DNA of 64,000 nucleotides from IMG/VR virus record IMGVR_UViG_3300021091_005099, positions 32,001-96,000 of that record; one strand, given 5' to 3'. The notes below the pieces were generated by a model that ran no database searches, was not told where the DNA came from, and saw only the letters and a program-made list of their open reading frames with translations. Shown one piece after another: positions 54,197 through 63,579 of this stretch; within the stretch, counting starts at the first letter, position 1; each line of letters starts with the position of its first letter. Made by a program: the position numbers and the translations under genes. Source of the DNA: a virus.

Positions 54197-54778
54197 CTAA
54201 TGATTATATAATATCTTGGTAACGGAGCCCGCGGTCATGCTGGTGCACTTGGCTCTGACCCAGACGAAGTTACCCGTGAAGTTCTTGCTGTCAACCAATG
54301 TGCTCTGGTCCGCTGTGAAAGTGGTGCCGGATATGTCAAAATAATCATCCTCTGTGGGCGTGGTGGCCAGCGATCCCTGCATTTTTATGGATCCGGTCAT
54401 GGTGCTGTTGACGTGGTATGCCACTGTGTGCACCCCGTCCACCTGTGAGTAGTAGCCATCTCCCTGATGTTTGTCGGTTACGAAACCAATGTAATCCAAA
54501 GATACTGACGCACCCGCTGCTTCTGTCGTTGTAGATTCCTCAACCACAAGGTGAGATCCATTTGATGCTTTGCTCTTGACGGTGAATGTCTTGTTGTTGT
54601 TGGTCGTGCCAGTCACAGTGATTAGGTCAAATTTTTCAAAGCCACCAAGCGAGGTTGTAGTGGTGTTGCTGGAATTAATTTTGTATTCTGTGCCTGTCTG
54701 TGAGAAACTGATCACAGTGCCAGTGATTGTGGCCTTGTGTGCGGTTGCGCTGCGTATGGTTGTGCTTGTCTGTGCCAT
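54197..54778 (-). CDS. Thr/Ser-rich virion structural protein
   Basis: GDGYY...DG.HTVAY, NFTGNFVWVRA; TAAATA (54785-54790) 6 nt upstream. Confidence 0.6.
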   Translation of the reverse strand: MAQTSTTIRSATAHKATITGTVISFSQTGTEYKINSSNTTTTSLGGFEKFDLITVTGTTNNNKTFTVKSKASNGSHLVVEESTTTEAAGASVSLDYIGFVTDKHQGDGYYSQVDGVHTVAYHVNSTMTGSIKMQGSLATTPTEDDYFDISGTTFTADQSTLVDSKNFTGNFVWVRAKCTSMTAGSVTKILYNH

Positions 54779-54783
54779 GGCAG

Positions 54784-55092
54784 TTATTTATGGCGTTTTT
54801 CTTTTTGGAATCTGCTTGTTTTTGGACCAAGGTTGTACACAGCGGCCAGGTCCTGCGGTCGCATGCCGTCTATGGTTATAATGTCGTAGTACATGATCTT
54901 CCTGAATGGAACTACCGCGGCGTAGTCATATTCTTCGTCTGCTATGCAATGGTCGCTGTGAAGTTCTCTAATTCTCATGGAGGCCTTGACCTGTATGGGA
55001 GTGCCCATGTGATGCTTATCAATCATAGTTTCTATGATGGTGCCCACTTTAAAAATGTTACGGTCCCTTAATTTTAGTATCACTTCTATCAT
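54784..55092 (-). CDS. Hypothetical protein
   Basis: 102 aa; IDGMRP..LAAVYNL. Confidence 0.6.
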   Translation of the reverse strand: MIEVILKLRDRNIFKVGTIIETMIDKHHMGTPIQVKASMRIRELHSDHCIADEEYDYAAVVPFRKIMYYDIITIDGMRPQDLAAVYNLGPKTSRFQKEKRHK

Positions 55093-55787
55093 TTAGAGAC
55101 CTTGACAAACTTTATAACCTTTTCCACCGCATGTTGCGCCATCATGTATATGGGGGTAAGCAATTTTTCATTTCTCACATAGAAATATCCTTGCCAGCCA
55201 TATTCGCTATGGCCCTGCAGGTATTCTTTTACATACCTGGTAGTGATCACACAATTTTCAGGATTTTGTGTGAGATATCTAAATAGATTTTCGCGCTGGT
55301 GAGGTTTTAATATTTTATGCACATTCTTTTTAAGATGAACTTGATATTCATACTTGCCCAGAGGCAATCTCTTGCACAGGACTGAATTTTTATCAAGAAG
55401 ATAAGATTTGTCCTCAGGCACGGCGTCCGCGCTGCACCACTCGTCCCAAAATACAGATACGAGATCTTTGGCCATCTCCTCGCAGCAGTAGAATATTGTG
55501 TCAACGTTCTGTATTCTAAACTTCATTTTATCTCGGTTGTGCAGTATACATGAGGCCAATTTTTTTATTTTTTGACTATGTTTCCCAAATTGAATCCATT
55601 TATTTTGTCTTAGAGCGCCCGCTGATTTGAAATCATCATCATTGTGATCCAATATTGTTTTGAGATGTTGATCCGTGGTGGGATATAGGTAACAGGCCCA
55701 GGGCATACGGAACGCCACTTTGTGAGAGTATCTCCCAAAATATAATCTATTGTGATGTTTCCGCATCAGCCTGTTGTGTTTGCGCAT
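55089..55787 (-). CDS. Hypothetical protein
   Basis: Start at 55787 or 55766; LPLGKYEYQV. Confidence 0.6.
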   Translation of the reverse strand: MRKHNRLMRKHHNRLYFGRYSHKVAFRMPWACYLYPTTDQHLKTILDHNDDDFKSAGALRQNKWIQFGKHSQKIKKLASCILHNRDKMKFRIQNVDTIFYCCEEMAKDLVSVFWDEWCSADAVPEDKSYLLDKNSVLCKRLPLGKYEYQVHLKKNVHKILKPHQRENLFRYLTQNPENCVITTRYVKEYLQGHSEYGWQGYFYVRNEKLLTPIYMMAQHAVEKVIKFVKVSK

Positions 55788-58056
55788 TGGTTTCCAGCTG
55801 TGGTTTTTTATATTCCAATGCGATCTTTTCCTCTTTTATGGTGACTTCAACTCTGCCACCATCTAATAATTCTCCAAACAGTATCATCTTGGACAGCGGT
55901 TTCTTGATCTCATCATCGATAATCCTCGCCAGTGGACGGGCGCCCAGCTTGTCATCGAAGCCCTTGTTTACCAAGTACTCGATGGCGTCCTCAGAGGCAT
56001 TGACCTCGACTCGTTTCTCCAAGGTCATCGTGTTGAGCTCCAATAAGAACTTGTTAACTATCTTCTTCATGGTCTCTTTCTCCAGCTTCCTGAACTTGAT
56101 CACTGCGTCCAACCTGTTCCTGAACTCCGGCGCGAAGAATCTTTTCACAGCGTCATCGTCGTCGGTCCTTTGCTGCTCGCCAAATCCCAGATTGGCTCTC
56201 TCCATCTCTTCCGCTCCAAGGTTGGAGGTAAGAATTAAAATTATGTTTCTACAGTCAGCTTTTTTTCCATTGCTGCCTGTCACAGTGCCATAGTCCATGA
56301 CCTGTAGCAGCATGTTGCTGACGTCCGTGTGCGCTTTTTCCACTTCATCGAACAGCACCACCGCGTGAGGCTGTTTCTCGATCTCATTGATGAACATGCC
56401 GCCGCCCATCTGCGCATCTTCGTAGCCCACATATCCTGGAGGCGATCCTATCAATTTGGCTATGGAATGCTTCTCTTGGTACTCGCTCATGTCAAATCTT
56501 ATCAACTGTGTGCCCAGCGTGGTGGCCAATGTTCTTGCTGTTTCGGTCTTACCACAACCAGTTGGTCCTATGAACAGGAATGATCCCACGGGCTTGTTTA
56601 GGCTCTTCAGCCCGGCCCTGCTTATCAATATTTTATCAATCACTTTGTTTAATGCTTCATCTTGTCCGAACACCTGCAGCTTCATCTTGCTCTCCAGCGT
56701 TTCTAAGTTCGCGGCCTGTTTCTGGCTCAACTGCTCTATGCTGATGCCGGTGAGTTTGCTGATCTCGTGTATGATCTCGTCATGGTCAATGCGGCCATCT
56801 TTGACTCCTTTTAATCTCAAACGCGCGCAGGCAGAATCTACTACATCTATAGCCTTATCTGGTAATTTTTTATCCGCTATGAATTTGGATGAATATTCCA
56901 CTGCGTCTTCACACGCCTCGTCGGTGATGGTGCAACCATGGAACTTCTCATAGTATTGCTTGATGCCTTTCAATATCTTGACACAGACCTCCTGTGTGGG
57001 CTCTCCGATCTGCAGCCTCTGGAACCTCCTCATCAGTGCTCGATCCTTCTCAAAGAATTTCCTGTACTCTTCCCACGTGGTGGAAGCTATGACCTTGATG
57101 TTGCCTTTCATCAAGACCGGTTTCATCATGTTGGCCAGGTCCATGCCACCCTGTCCTGTGGTCCCGGCGCCCACCATCATGTGTGCCTCATCGATGAACA
57201 AGATAGCATTGCCTTTTTGGTCCAGCGCGTTAAGCACAAGTTTCAATCTCTCTTCAAAGTCTCCTCGAAACTTGCTGCCCGCGATCATGCTGGCCACGTC
57301 CAAACTAAACACAATGTTGCCTTTGAGATACTCTGGCACGTCATCCTTGTTCTTGGCGATCCTTCTTGCTAGGCCTTCCACTATGGCGGTCTTACCCACG
57401 CCTGGATCACCCACCAGCAGCACATTGTTCTTGTTTCTGCGAGCAAGAATCTGTTTCAGCACTTCTAGATCATCATCTCGGCCAATAACTGGATCTATCT
57501 TTTTATCAAAATATTTCTGGTTAAGATTCTCGCAATAATTTTTCAATACCTTGTCCGCCTGATTAGGCCTTAATTTTTGTTCTGGATTCACAGTGGCTCC
57601 CATACCTGAGTCTTCCAGGATAGTTTCCGCCGATATTAGATCTTGCAAATCATCTTTATTAATTTTATGTGTTTTTAAAAAGAAAGCACCATAGCTCTTC
57701 TTCTCAGCGAATATGCTCAGCAGCACGTCTATCGCGGTGACGCTCTGCCTGCCCTGGAACAGGGCCTGTGTGAATGCTCTGTTCATCAGCCGTTCTAAAC
57801 TTGCAGTCTTTCTGGGAGCCACTGGATTGGTTCCCTTGCTCACTATGTCCGCACACTTTGTATCCAGATAATTTTCTATATCAAGAATTAGCGCACCCAC
57901 ATTGGTTTTTAGATCCGCCAACATAGTGCCCACTTCCTTGTCCTTGATCAATGACAACAGCAGATGTTCTATGGTCACGTATTCGTGTCGTCGCTTCTCG
58001 GCCTCTTTGACCGAGTTTTCAAAAATATTTTCAAGTGATTCGTTGGCTTCTAACAT
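55747..58056 (-). CDS. clpA: ATP-dependent Clp protease ATPase subunit ClpA
   Basis: Clp-N HEYVTIEHLL, GDPGVGKT, FIDEAH, GPTGCGKT, RFDMSEY, PPGYVG, LGF ClpP-docking loop; no ClpB middle domain. Confidence 0.92.
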   Translation of the reverse strand: MLEANESLENIFENSVKEAEKRRHEYVTIEHLLLSLIKDKEVGTMLADLKTNVGALILDIENYLDTKCADIVSKGTNPVAPRKTASLERLMNRAFTQALFQGRQSVTAIDVLLSIFAEKKSYGAFFLKTHKINKDDLQDLISAETILEDSGMGATVNPEQKLRPNQADKVLKNYCENLNQKYFDKKIDPVIGRDDDLEVLKQILARRNKNNVLLVGDPGVGKTAIVEGLARRIAKNKDDVPEYLKGNIVFSLDVASMIAGSKFRGDFEERLKLVLNALDQKGNAILFIDEAHMMVGAGTTGQGGMDLANMMKPVLMKGNIKVIASTTWEEYRKFFEKDRALMRRFQRLQIGEPTQEVCVKILKGIKQYYEKFHGCTITDEACEDAVEYSSKFIADKKLPDKAIDVVDSACARLRLKGVKDGRIDHDEIIHEISKLTGISIEQLSQKQAANLETLESKMKLQVFGQDEALNKVIDKILISRAGLKSLNKPVGSFLFIGPTGCGKTETARTLATTLGTQLIRFDMSEYQEKHSIAKLIGSPPGYVGYEDAQMGGGMFINEIEKQPHAVVLFDEVEKAHTDVSNMLLQVMDYGTVTGSNGKKADCRNIILILTSNLGAEEMERANLGFGEQQRTDDDDAVKRFFAPEFRNRLDAVIKFRKLEKETMKKIVNKFLLELNTMTLEKRVEVNASEDAIEYLVNKGFDDKLGARPLARIIDDEIKKPLSKMILFGELLDGGRVEVTIKEEKIALEYKKPQLETNAQTQQADAETSQ

Positions 58057-58059
58057 AGT

Positions 58060-58536
58060 CTATCTTTTTCTGCGTGCTCTTTGGTCGAAAGTGATTCCAT
58101 TGATGTGGTCGAGCTCGTGCTGAAAACATCTGGCTTCTAATCCTTCTAAAATTGACAACAATAATTCTCCTTTGCCGTTTTGATATCTCACCTTCACGGT
58201 GCGTGATCTGCTGATCTCAAGCAACATGCCCGGGAAACTGAGACATCCCTCCTGTGCGATTTCGCGTTTGTCGTCCGCATGAACCAGCACTGGATTATAA
58301 ATTATAGCAGGTTTTTTGAAAACGTCAAATGACTCGTGCCCCATGGCAAAGAATCTTTTGGTAATTCCAATCTGATTTGCGGCTAGACCCATGCCTTGGC
58401 TGTGTGTCATGAGATGTATCACGTCTCTCTCGAATAACTCCAGTGAGGAATATCCCAATGGTATTTCATCAAAATTAAATTCTGTGCTGGCCGTGTGCAG
58501 TGTGTGATACGAATTAGTGTAGATACTTAGATTCAT
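58060..58536 (-). CDS. def: Peptide deformylase
   Basis: GMGLAANQIG, EGCLS, QHELDH. Confidence 0.93.
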   Translation of the reverse strand: MNLSIYTNSYHTLHTASTEFNFDEIPLGYSSLELFERDVIHLMTHSQGMGLAANQIGITKRFFAMGHESFDVFKKPAIIYNPVLVHADDKREIAQEGCLSFPGMLLEISRSRTVKVRYQNGKGELLLSILEGLEARCFQHELDHINGITFDQRARRKR

Positions 58537-58563
58537 TTTACGTGTGCGTAGATAAAAATTTTC

Positions 58564-59415
58564 TTATAAATTTTTAATCTTGTCTAGATCCCTTTCATTT
58601 AGTCGTGGTATAGATATGTTTATGTTAATGTACATGTTTCCTTTGATATTTAAGGTCTCATGGACCGGCATACCCTGTCCCTTCAACATGATAGTGTTGC
58701 CCGGCTGAGTCGCTGCCGGGACCTTCACGTTTAAAATCCTATCATCCAATGTTCTTATTTGAAATTCCATGCCTCTCATGGCTTCGAAACAACTTATGGT
58801 TTTATCTGTATAGAGATCATTTCCTTTCCTGGTGTATCCATCGCTGTCCAACACCTGCACGTTGCACAGCAGATCTCCACGTTGTAAATTTTTATCGGTG
58901 TCATCGCCCAGTCCCCTGTACTTGAACACGGCGCCGTTTTGCACACCGGCGGGTATCTTCAAATGTACAATCTCATCTCGGCCCGACGGCAATCGTACAC
59001 TGACAGTCTTCTCGCAGGCATGATACACTTCCTTTATAGACAATGATATCCTGATGTTCACTGACTGATTTGTGCGTGGCCGATTCCTATAAACCCGTGT
59101 CTGACCCCGTCCGGGAGCGAATCCAAATCCAGAGAAGAAGTCCTGGAAAATATCCTCGCTGAAGAAATCGCTGCTGTTGTAGTTGAAGCCCGAACCCGAT
59201 CCACCTGACCTCTGGCCGTAGCGCCGGATGGCGTCGTATTCCTGACGCTTGTCCCGTGACTTCAGAGTGTCATAGGCCTCGTTAATGTCCTTGAATTTCT
59301 TTTCGTCGCCGCCCCTGTCGGGGTGATGCTTCTTGGCCAGGACTTTGAAGGCTTCTTTGATCTCCTTGTCAGATGCTGACTCGGCCACACCCAGGGTGTC
59401 ATAAAAATTCTTCAT
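58564..59415 (-). CDS. dnaJ: DnaJ class B co-chaperone (no zinc finger)
   Basis: J domain with HPD, G/F region, C-terminal GDL...G.GMP. Confidence 0.88.
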   Translation of the reverse strand: MKNFYDTLGVAESASDKEIKEAFKVLAKKHHPDRGGDEKKFKDINEAYDTLKSRDKRQEYDAIRRYGQRSGGSGSGFNYNSSDFFSEDIFQDFFSGFGFAPGRGQTRVYRNRPRTNQSVNIRISLSIKEVYHACEKTVSVRLPSGRDEIVHLKIPAGVQNGAVFKYRGLGDDTDKNLQRGDLLCNVQVLDSDGYTRKGNDLYTDKTISCFEAMRGMEFQIRTLDDRILNVKVPAATQPGNTIMLKGQGMPVHETLNIKGNMYININISIPRLNERDLDKIKNL

Positions 59416-59422
59416 CTGTATA

Positions 59423-59450
59423 AGTTTACTACGGATTTAGTATCTGTCAA
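59423..59450 (-). promoter_or_regulatory. Sigma70-like promoter of the dnaJ-def-clpA operon
   Basis: TTGACA-16 bp-TAAACT; ATG 7 nt downstream. Confidence 0.55.
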
Positions 59451-59461
59451 TGCTTTGGTAA

Positions 59462-59791
59462 TTACAGAACTGGGTCTTCCGTCTTGGCAGGTTTTCTGGC
59501 ACCAAACACGGGAGCGTTACCATTGGATGTGGTCGTAGCAATCTTTTCTTGAGATCTGCCATATGCTGATAAGCCCAACACTGCTCCCATAGCGATATGG
59601 AAGAAGCCAGCACCCTGTAGTGTCAGGGGACTCCATTGGGTGAAAACGATGGTTTTCAAGTAAGTGGCCTGCGCCAGGTTCCACAATATGGGGAATATCA
59701 CGAAGTCAAAGGCACAGATGCCCATGTACAACCAGCCCATGGCCGGCCTCCAGCGCTTCTGCATCCAATCTTCTTTTTTTATCTCGCTCAT
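59462..59791 (-). CDS. Putative holin (3TM/GTA-holin-like)
   Basis: RWRPAMGW, TM segments, VLGLSAYGRSQEK. Confidence 0.6.
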   Translation of the reverse strand: MSEIKKEDWMQKRWRPAMGWLYMGICAFDFVIFPILWNLAQATYLKTIVFTQWSPLTLQGAGFFHIAMGAVLGLSAYGRSQEKIATTTSNGNAPVFGARKPAKTEDPVL

Positions 59792-59799
59792 GTCAACTC

Positions 59800-60039
59800 C
59801 TATATAAATTTCATTAAACTTTTCACCGCGCCCACCAGTGCGTTCTTAACTACCATGTCATCGGCCTCGGCGTCCAATTTGTCTGTCCTGATCAGGTCCT
59901 GCATGAGCTCTTGGTACTCGTCCTGGCTCAGCTCTCCCGCCTTGTATTGGTCCGCGAACTGCAATGCCATCTGTGCCCGCTCCTCTGCCCAGCTCTTGCC
60001 GCAACCAACCAGACTTTTTAGCTCATCATATCCTACCAT
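59800..60039 (-). CDS. Hypothetical protein
   Basis: 79 aa; GELSQDEYQEL. Confidence 0.55.
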   Translation of the reverse strand: MVGYDELKSLVGCGKSWAEERAQMALQFADQYKAGELSQDEYQELMQDLIRTDKLDAEADDMVVKNALVGAVKSLMKFI

Positions 60040-60422
60040 CTGTCTAACACTCCCTGTGCTGCTTTATATGCCTGCGCCTGCATCACTTTCTTCTTGCCAT
60101 CGCAGTAGGCCCTGCTGCCTTCCTTCTCCAGGCTCCTCTTGAGGAAATCCTCATTGGTCTCCTGCAGCGGCCTGATCAGCGCCCTGACGTCGTTCTGCAT
60201 CATGCCCTTGCTCTCTGAGTAAAGGTCGAACCATTGCAGGTCTTCCTTGATGGCTCTGGCCTGTGGGGCGTGTGGCCTGCCGCAGTCGATGTTCTCCACC
60301 AGCTGCCGCACGTCTATGATCTTCTTGGCCTGATTGTCATCCCAGAAGCTGGGTATGTAGCTGTGCAAGGCGCAGCCCTGCAGAACTATGAAAGTGCCTA
60401 CGAACAACGCTGTTCTGATCAT
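60033..60422 (-). CDS. Lipoprotein
   Basis: Signal peptide with LQGC lipobox; TAAATA (60428-60433) 5 nt upstream. Confidence 0.65.
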   Translation of the reverse strand: MIRTALFVGTFIVLQGCALHSYIPSFWDDNQAKKIIDVRQLVENIDCGRPHAPQARAIKEDLQWFDLYSESKGMMQNDVRALIRPLQETNEDFLKRSLEKEGSRAYCDGKKKVMQAQAYKAAQGVLDRW

Positions 60423-60446
60423 GCAACTATTTACCAAAATAGCAGC

Positions 60447-60848
60447 CTATTTTTCTTTCAGTATGTATTTGATGGGATATTCCGCCTTGACCTTGACACG
60501 CTTCTTGGTTTGGCTGTCTTGATACTGTATCAGGTTGGGCGCAATCTCCACGAAGTCATCCACGTGAACAGTGGTCAGCACGCCGTCCTGCCAGTAGGTC
60601 AGCTCGGATGGCACCTTCTTGAACAGGTCATACACCGCACAGCACAGCCATCTGGCGCCGCTATAGATCCACTTGGCGCTGCCCCAAATGATGGTCTTTA
60701 TCAGCACGTTCCAGGTGAACAAAATGATCCAGGTGAACATGGAGACCAGGAGATCAATTGCCAGCTCGCTGAACCAGCGCAGTCCCGCAAGTGCGGACTT
60801 ACTTCTTTCCGTCAGCTGGCTGATTATCTTTTTTGACAGTTCCTTCAT
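60447..60848 (-). CDS. Membrane-associated hypothetical protein
   Basis: 133 aa, hydrophobic middle. Confidence 0.5.
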   Translation of the reverse strand: MKELSKKIISQLTERSKSALAGLRWFSELAIDLLVSMFTWIILFTWNVLIKTIIWGSAKWIYSGARWLCCAVYDLFKKVPSELTYWQDGVLTTVHVDDFVEIAPNLIQYQDSQTKKRVKVKAEYPIKYILKEK

Positions 60849-61182
60849 AGTACTCCTTGTAGCGCTCCAGTATGTCCTGCGTCTGTTTCAGGGTGCTGCG
60901 TATCTGTGCGAAGTTCTTGGCCAGCAGCTCATAGTCCTCGTCGCTGAGACCAAACAGCACAGGATCCAATCCTTCTGCCTTCATCTTGGCGAACACTTCC
61001 TGGGCGTTGTTGCTGGTGATCACGATCCATCTCAGTTTCTCCATTTCCTCCAGCGTTGGTGTCTTGAGGTTCAGTTTCTCCCTGGGCTGTTCCTGTGTGA
61101 ATATCTTGATGGCCTTCTCTCCCAGCAGGCCGCAGCCGTTGAGGAACAGGCACAGGGTGATTGCAACCAATAGTTTACTCAT
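60799..61182 (-). CDS. Putative o-spanin lipoprotein
   Basis: LNGC lipobox; overlaps the upstream TM/coiled-coil gene. Confidence 0.6.
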   Translation of the reverse strand: MSKLLVAITLCLFLNGCGLLGEKAIKIFTQEQPREKLNLKTPTLEEMEKLRWIVITSNNAQEVFAKMKAEGLDPVLFGLSDEDYELLAKNFAQIRSTLKQTQDILERYKEYYEGTVKKDNQPADGKK

Positions 61183-61660
61183 TGTATGGCCTGTAGTTGG
61201 GGTTGGCTATGGCAGGGCATTCGGAATTGATCTCCGATTTCTTGGTGGCCTTGATCTCTGCTTCTGTGAGCTTGGCTCCGCCCGCGATCTCCACGCATCT
61301 CAAAGCCCTGTCTGAGGCCTTGTTCACGATCCTCTCCATGGCATCGGGTCTCTCAAGTGCTGTCTTGCCAAGATCACGTGTGCCCTTGTTGAATCTCTTG
61401 TCCAGGTCGTCTATGTCCTTCTTGAGATTGCCCACCAGCTTGTTGACCTCTTGGTTGGCCTTCATGATGGCCTCAAAATCCTTCTTCTGCTGCTCTATGT
61501 ACTTGGCCTGTGCCTCCAGGGCCTGTTCCATCTTGACCTGATTGCCCTTGAGCGTGGCGTTGTCCGCTTTAAGTTTGTACACGTAGCTGACCCCGCCCGA
61601 CAGTCCTATAACCATGACAATGGTAAAGATCATTTTTACTGATCCAAATAATCCAAACAT
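61175..61660 (-). CDS. Putative i-spanin
   Basis: N-terminal TM followed by a long coiled coil; TAAATA (61666-61671) 5 nt upstream. Confidence 0.6.
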   Translation of the reverse strand: MFGLFGSVKMIFTIVMVIGLSGGVSYVYKLKADNATLKGNQVKMEQALEAQAKYIEQQKKDFEAIMKANQEVNKLVGNLKKDIDDLDKRFNKGTRDLGKTALERPDAMERIVNKASDRALRCVEIAGGAKLTEAEIKATKKSEINSECPAIANPNYRPYNE

Positions 61661-61665
61661 ATTGT

Positions 61666-61697
61666 TATTTATCGCAATTATATACCCATATTAAATA
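61666..61697. promoter_or_regulatory. Divergent pair of late TAAATA promoters
   Basis: Minus-strand box at 61666-61671, plus-strand box at 61692-61697. Confidence 0.6.
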
Positions 61698-61703
61698 ACA
61701 CTG

Positions 61704-62378
61704 ATGATGCAACGTCCCGAACTTGAAATGCTGAAAAACTCCGGCTATGCATGGAGCAATCCTTTTGACATCATGAAGATATTTGAAGAGAAGATGTCAA
61801 ATTACACAGGTGCTCCTTACGTCACAGTCACTGATTGTTGCACTCATGCCTTGGAATTGTGCCTCAGATACAAACAATTGCAGGGGGAAAGCATACCAGA
61901 GATCGTGTTGCCCGCCCGCACCTATGTGAGTGTGCCCATGATGTTGAAAAAATTGGGCATAGGTTATAAATTCAAAGATCAGCAATGGCGAGGATATCAT
62001 TACCTTGAACCCACCAATGTGGTTGACATGGCAGTGAGATTTAACAAAGATTGTTTTATTACCGGCAGTCATTGTTGCATCAGTTTTGGCAATAGGAAAG
62101 TATTGAAAATCAACAGGGGTGGGGCCATACTTACAGATGATCCCATTGCTCATGAGTATTTCCAATTGGCGAGAGCGGACGGGAGAAATTTTGATTTGAT
62201 TCCTTGGGAGACACAAAGAAGTTATGATGTGTTAGGATACCACTACAATCTTTCTTTGGATGACTGTGCCAGGGGAATATTACTCATGGACGAACATGCC
62301 AAACACGGTCCTGTGAACGCCGATGCCATGGACAGCGGTGATTATCCAGATCTCAGAGAAATCAGTTTGAATTTTTAA
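61704..62378 (+). CDS. Short DegT-family PLP aminotransferase
   Basis: FEEK...YTGAPY....DCCTHAL, ISFGNRK, RGGAILTDD, GYHY. Confidence 0.75.
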   Translation: MMQRPELEMLKNSGYAWSNPFDIMKIFEEKMSNYTGAPYVTVTDCCTHALELCLRYKQLQGESIPEIVLPARTYVSVPMMLKKLGIGYKFKDQQWRGYHYLEPTNVVDMAVRFNKDCFITGSHCCISFGNRKVLKINRGGAILTDDPIAHEYFQLARADGRNFDLIPWETQRSYDVLGYHYNLSLDDCARGILLMDEHAKHGPVNADAMDSGDYPDLREISLNF

Positions 62379-63122
62379 TTACCACTTGTATTTGCTAACC
62401 AGAGCAGATTCTCCGCCTTTGGAGAATATGAACTTATCCTCGTAGGTCTTGGTGATGTTGTAAGGTCCAAAATATTTGGTGAGAAACAGGCATTCTGACA
62501 TGCTGTGGGTGTCTATTTTAAATGCTCTGGTTTCTTTCAATATGTCATTGGTATTGCCATACGCATGCAGTTCAAATTTTAATTCTTCTTGTGAACCTCT
62601 TTTTTTAACGGCAATGATATTTTTATCCAACTTGAACTCCAACAATTGGAATTTGTCAAAGAATGTGTTTACTTCGCCCAATCTCATGCTGTGTGTTTTT
62701 ATCTTATAGGCTTCCGGGGTCAGCGGGATTACAGAAGATAAATTAGCTCTGCTGGCTTCAAATGGCACAGATCTCTTGTGATATGTGAATTCAAATGTTT
62801 TGATATTGGTTAATTTTTTAAGATCATCTAGAAATTCTGCAATATATTGATCTAATTTTTCTTCTCGTGGAAATTCTATGAATACCCTGTGCTTGCCGTC
62901 ATCCATTGTGCCTGGAGTGGCATCCGCGTCCAGCACTTTTTTGTAGCCTTTTTCCGCAAAATTTTCCAGATCCTTGGCGCCCGCGGCTCCCGAGCAAATA
63001 AAGGCGAGCACACAGATGTCCTTGTCATCGCCCATCTTGCTCTTGTATTGATCCACGGAGAAACGTTTCTCCACTATGCCGTCGAGATCACCTGCCTTGA
63101 GCCCTTCGTTAACCTGTCGCAT
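62379..63122 (-). CDS. Hypothetical protein (MRQVNE start)
   Basis: 247 aa; SVDQYKSKMGDD. Confidence 0.6.
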   Translation of the reverse strand: MRQVNEGLKAGDLDGIVEKRFSVDQYKSKMGDDKDICVLAFICSGAAGAKDLENFAEKGYKKVLDADATPGTMDDGKHRVFIEFPREEKLDQYIAEFLDDLKKLTNIKTFEFTYHKRSVPFEASRANLSSVIPLTPEAYKIKTHSMRLGEVNTFFDKFQLLEFKLDKNIIAVKKRGSQEELKFELHAYGNTNDILKETRAFKIDTHSMSECLFLTKYFGPYNITKTYEDKFIFSKGGESALVSKYKW

Positions 63123-63579
63123 TTGCCGCGTCCTGTGCTGCTTGATAATCCATGGTGGTTTCTATATCCTGGCCGTGTTTGAAATTGCCGATCAGTTCCT
63201 TGGGCATACGGATGTTGACCACCCATATGGCATGACCATCTATCCGACCCTTGGTGGTGCCGGGCCTGTAGTCTTCTGGTCCCTTTATTGGTCTTGGTTT
63301 GAACAGCGTATCTTTCTGATAGGTCACTTTGCAACCGTGATCCAACAATCGTTTTCCGCCCGCCGGATCTGGCATTTGCTCCATGGGCCACATGAAAGAA
63401 CACTCCACAAAATGTCTATGATCAATAGGACCTGTCAATAATTCACCTTCCGACCAATTTTTGAACACATAGACGTCTAATTCGTCTACCACTCTTTCAA
63501 AATCTTTTAGTATGCCCAGGGTGGGTGTTAAGGAATAGAGTCCTTGTACGTTGCGGATTACATCTAATACGTCATGCAT
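63109..63579 (-). CDS. Hypothetical late protein
   Basis: DFERVVDELDVYVFKNW..GEL, MPDP.GG.RL; TAAATA (63587-63592) 7 nt upstream of MHDVLD. Confidence 0.65.
   Translation of the reverse strand: MHDVLDVIRNVQGLYSLTPTLGILKDFERVVDELDVYVFKNWSEGELLTGPIDHRHFVECSFMWPMEQMPDPAGGKRLLDHGCKVTYQKDTLFKPRPIKGPEDYRPGTTKGRIDGHAIWVVNIRMPKELIGNFKHGQDIETTMDYQAAQDAANATG

Noticed and set aside
55747-59415. Host chromosomal contamination (clpA, def, dnaJ)
   Set aside because: The genes are coupled to phage-type hypothetical genes and use the same promoter style; the gene order is not bacterial
19582-61541. Many long antisense ORFs in the track (e.g. 19582-20220, 44544-45119, 56960-57538, 60234-60836)
   Set aside because: They are shadows of well-supported minus-strand genes, with no motifs or RBS
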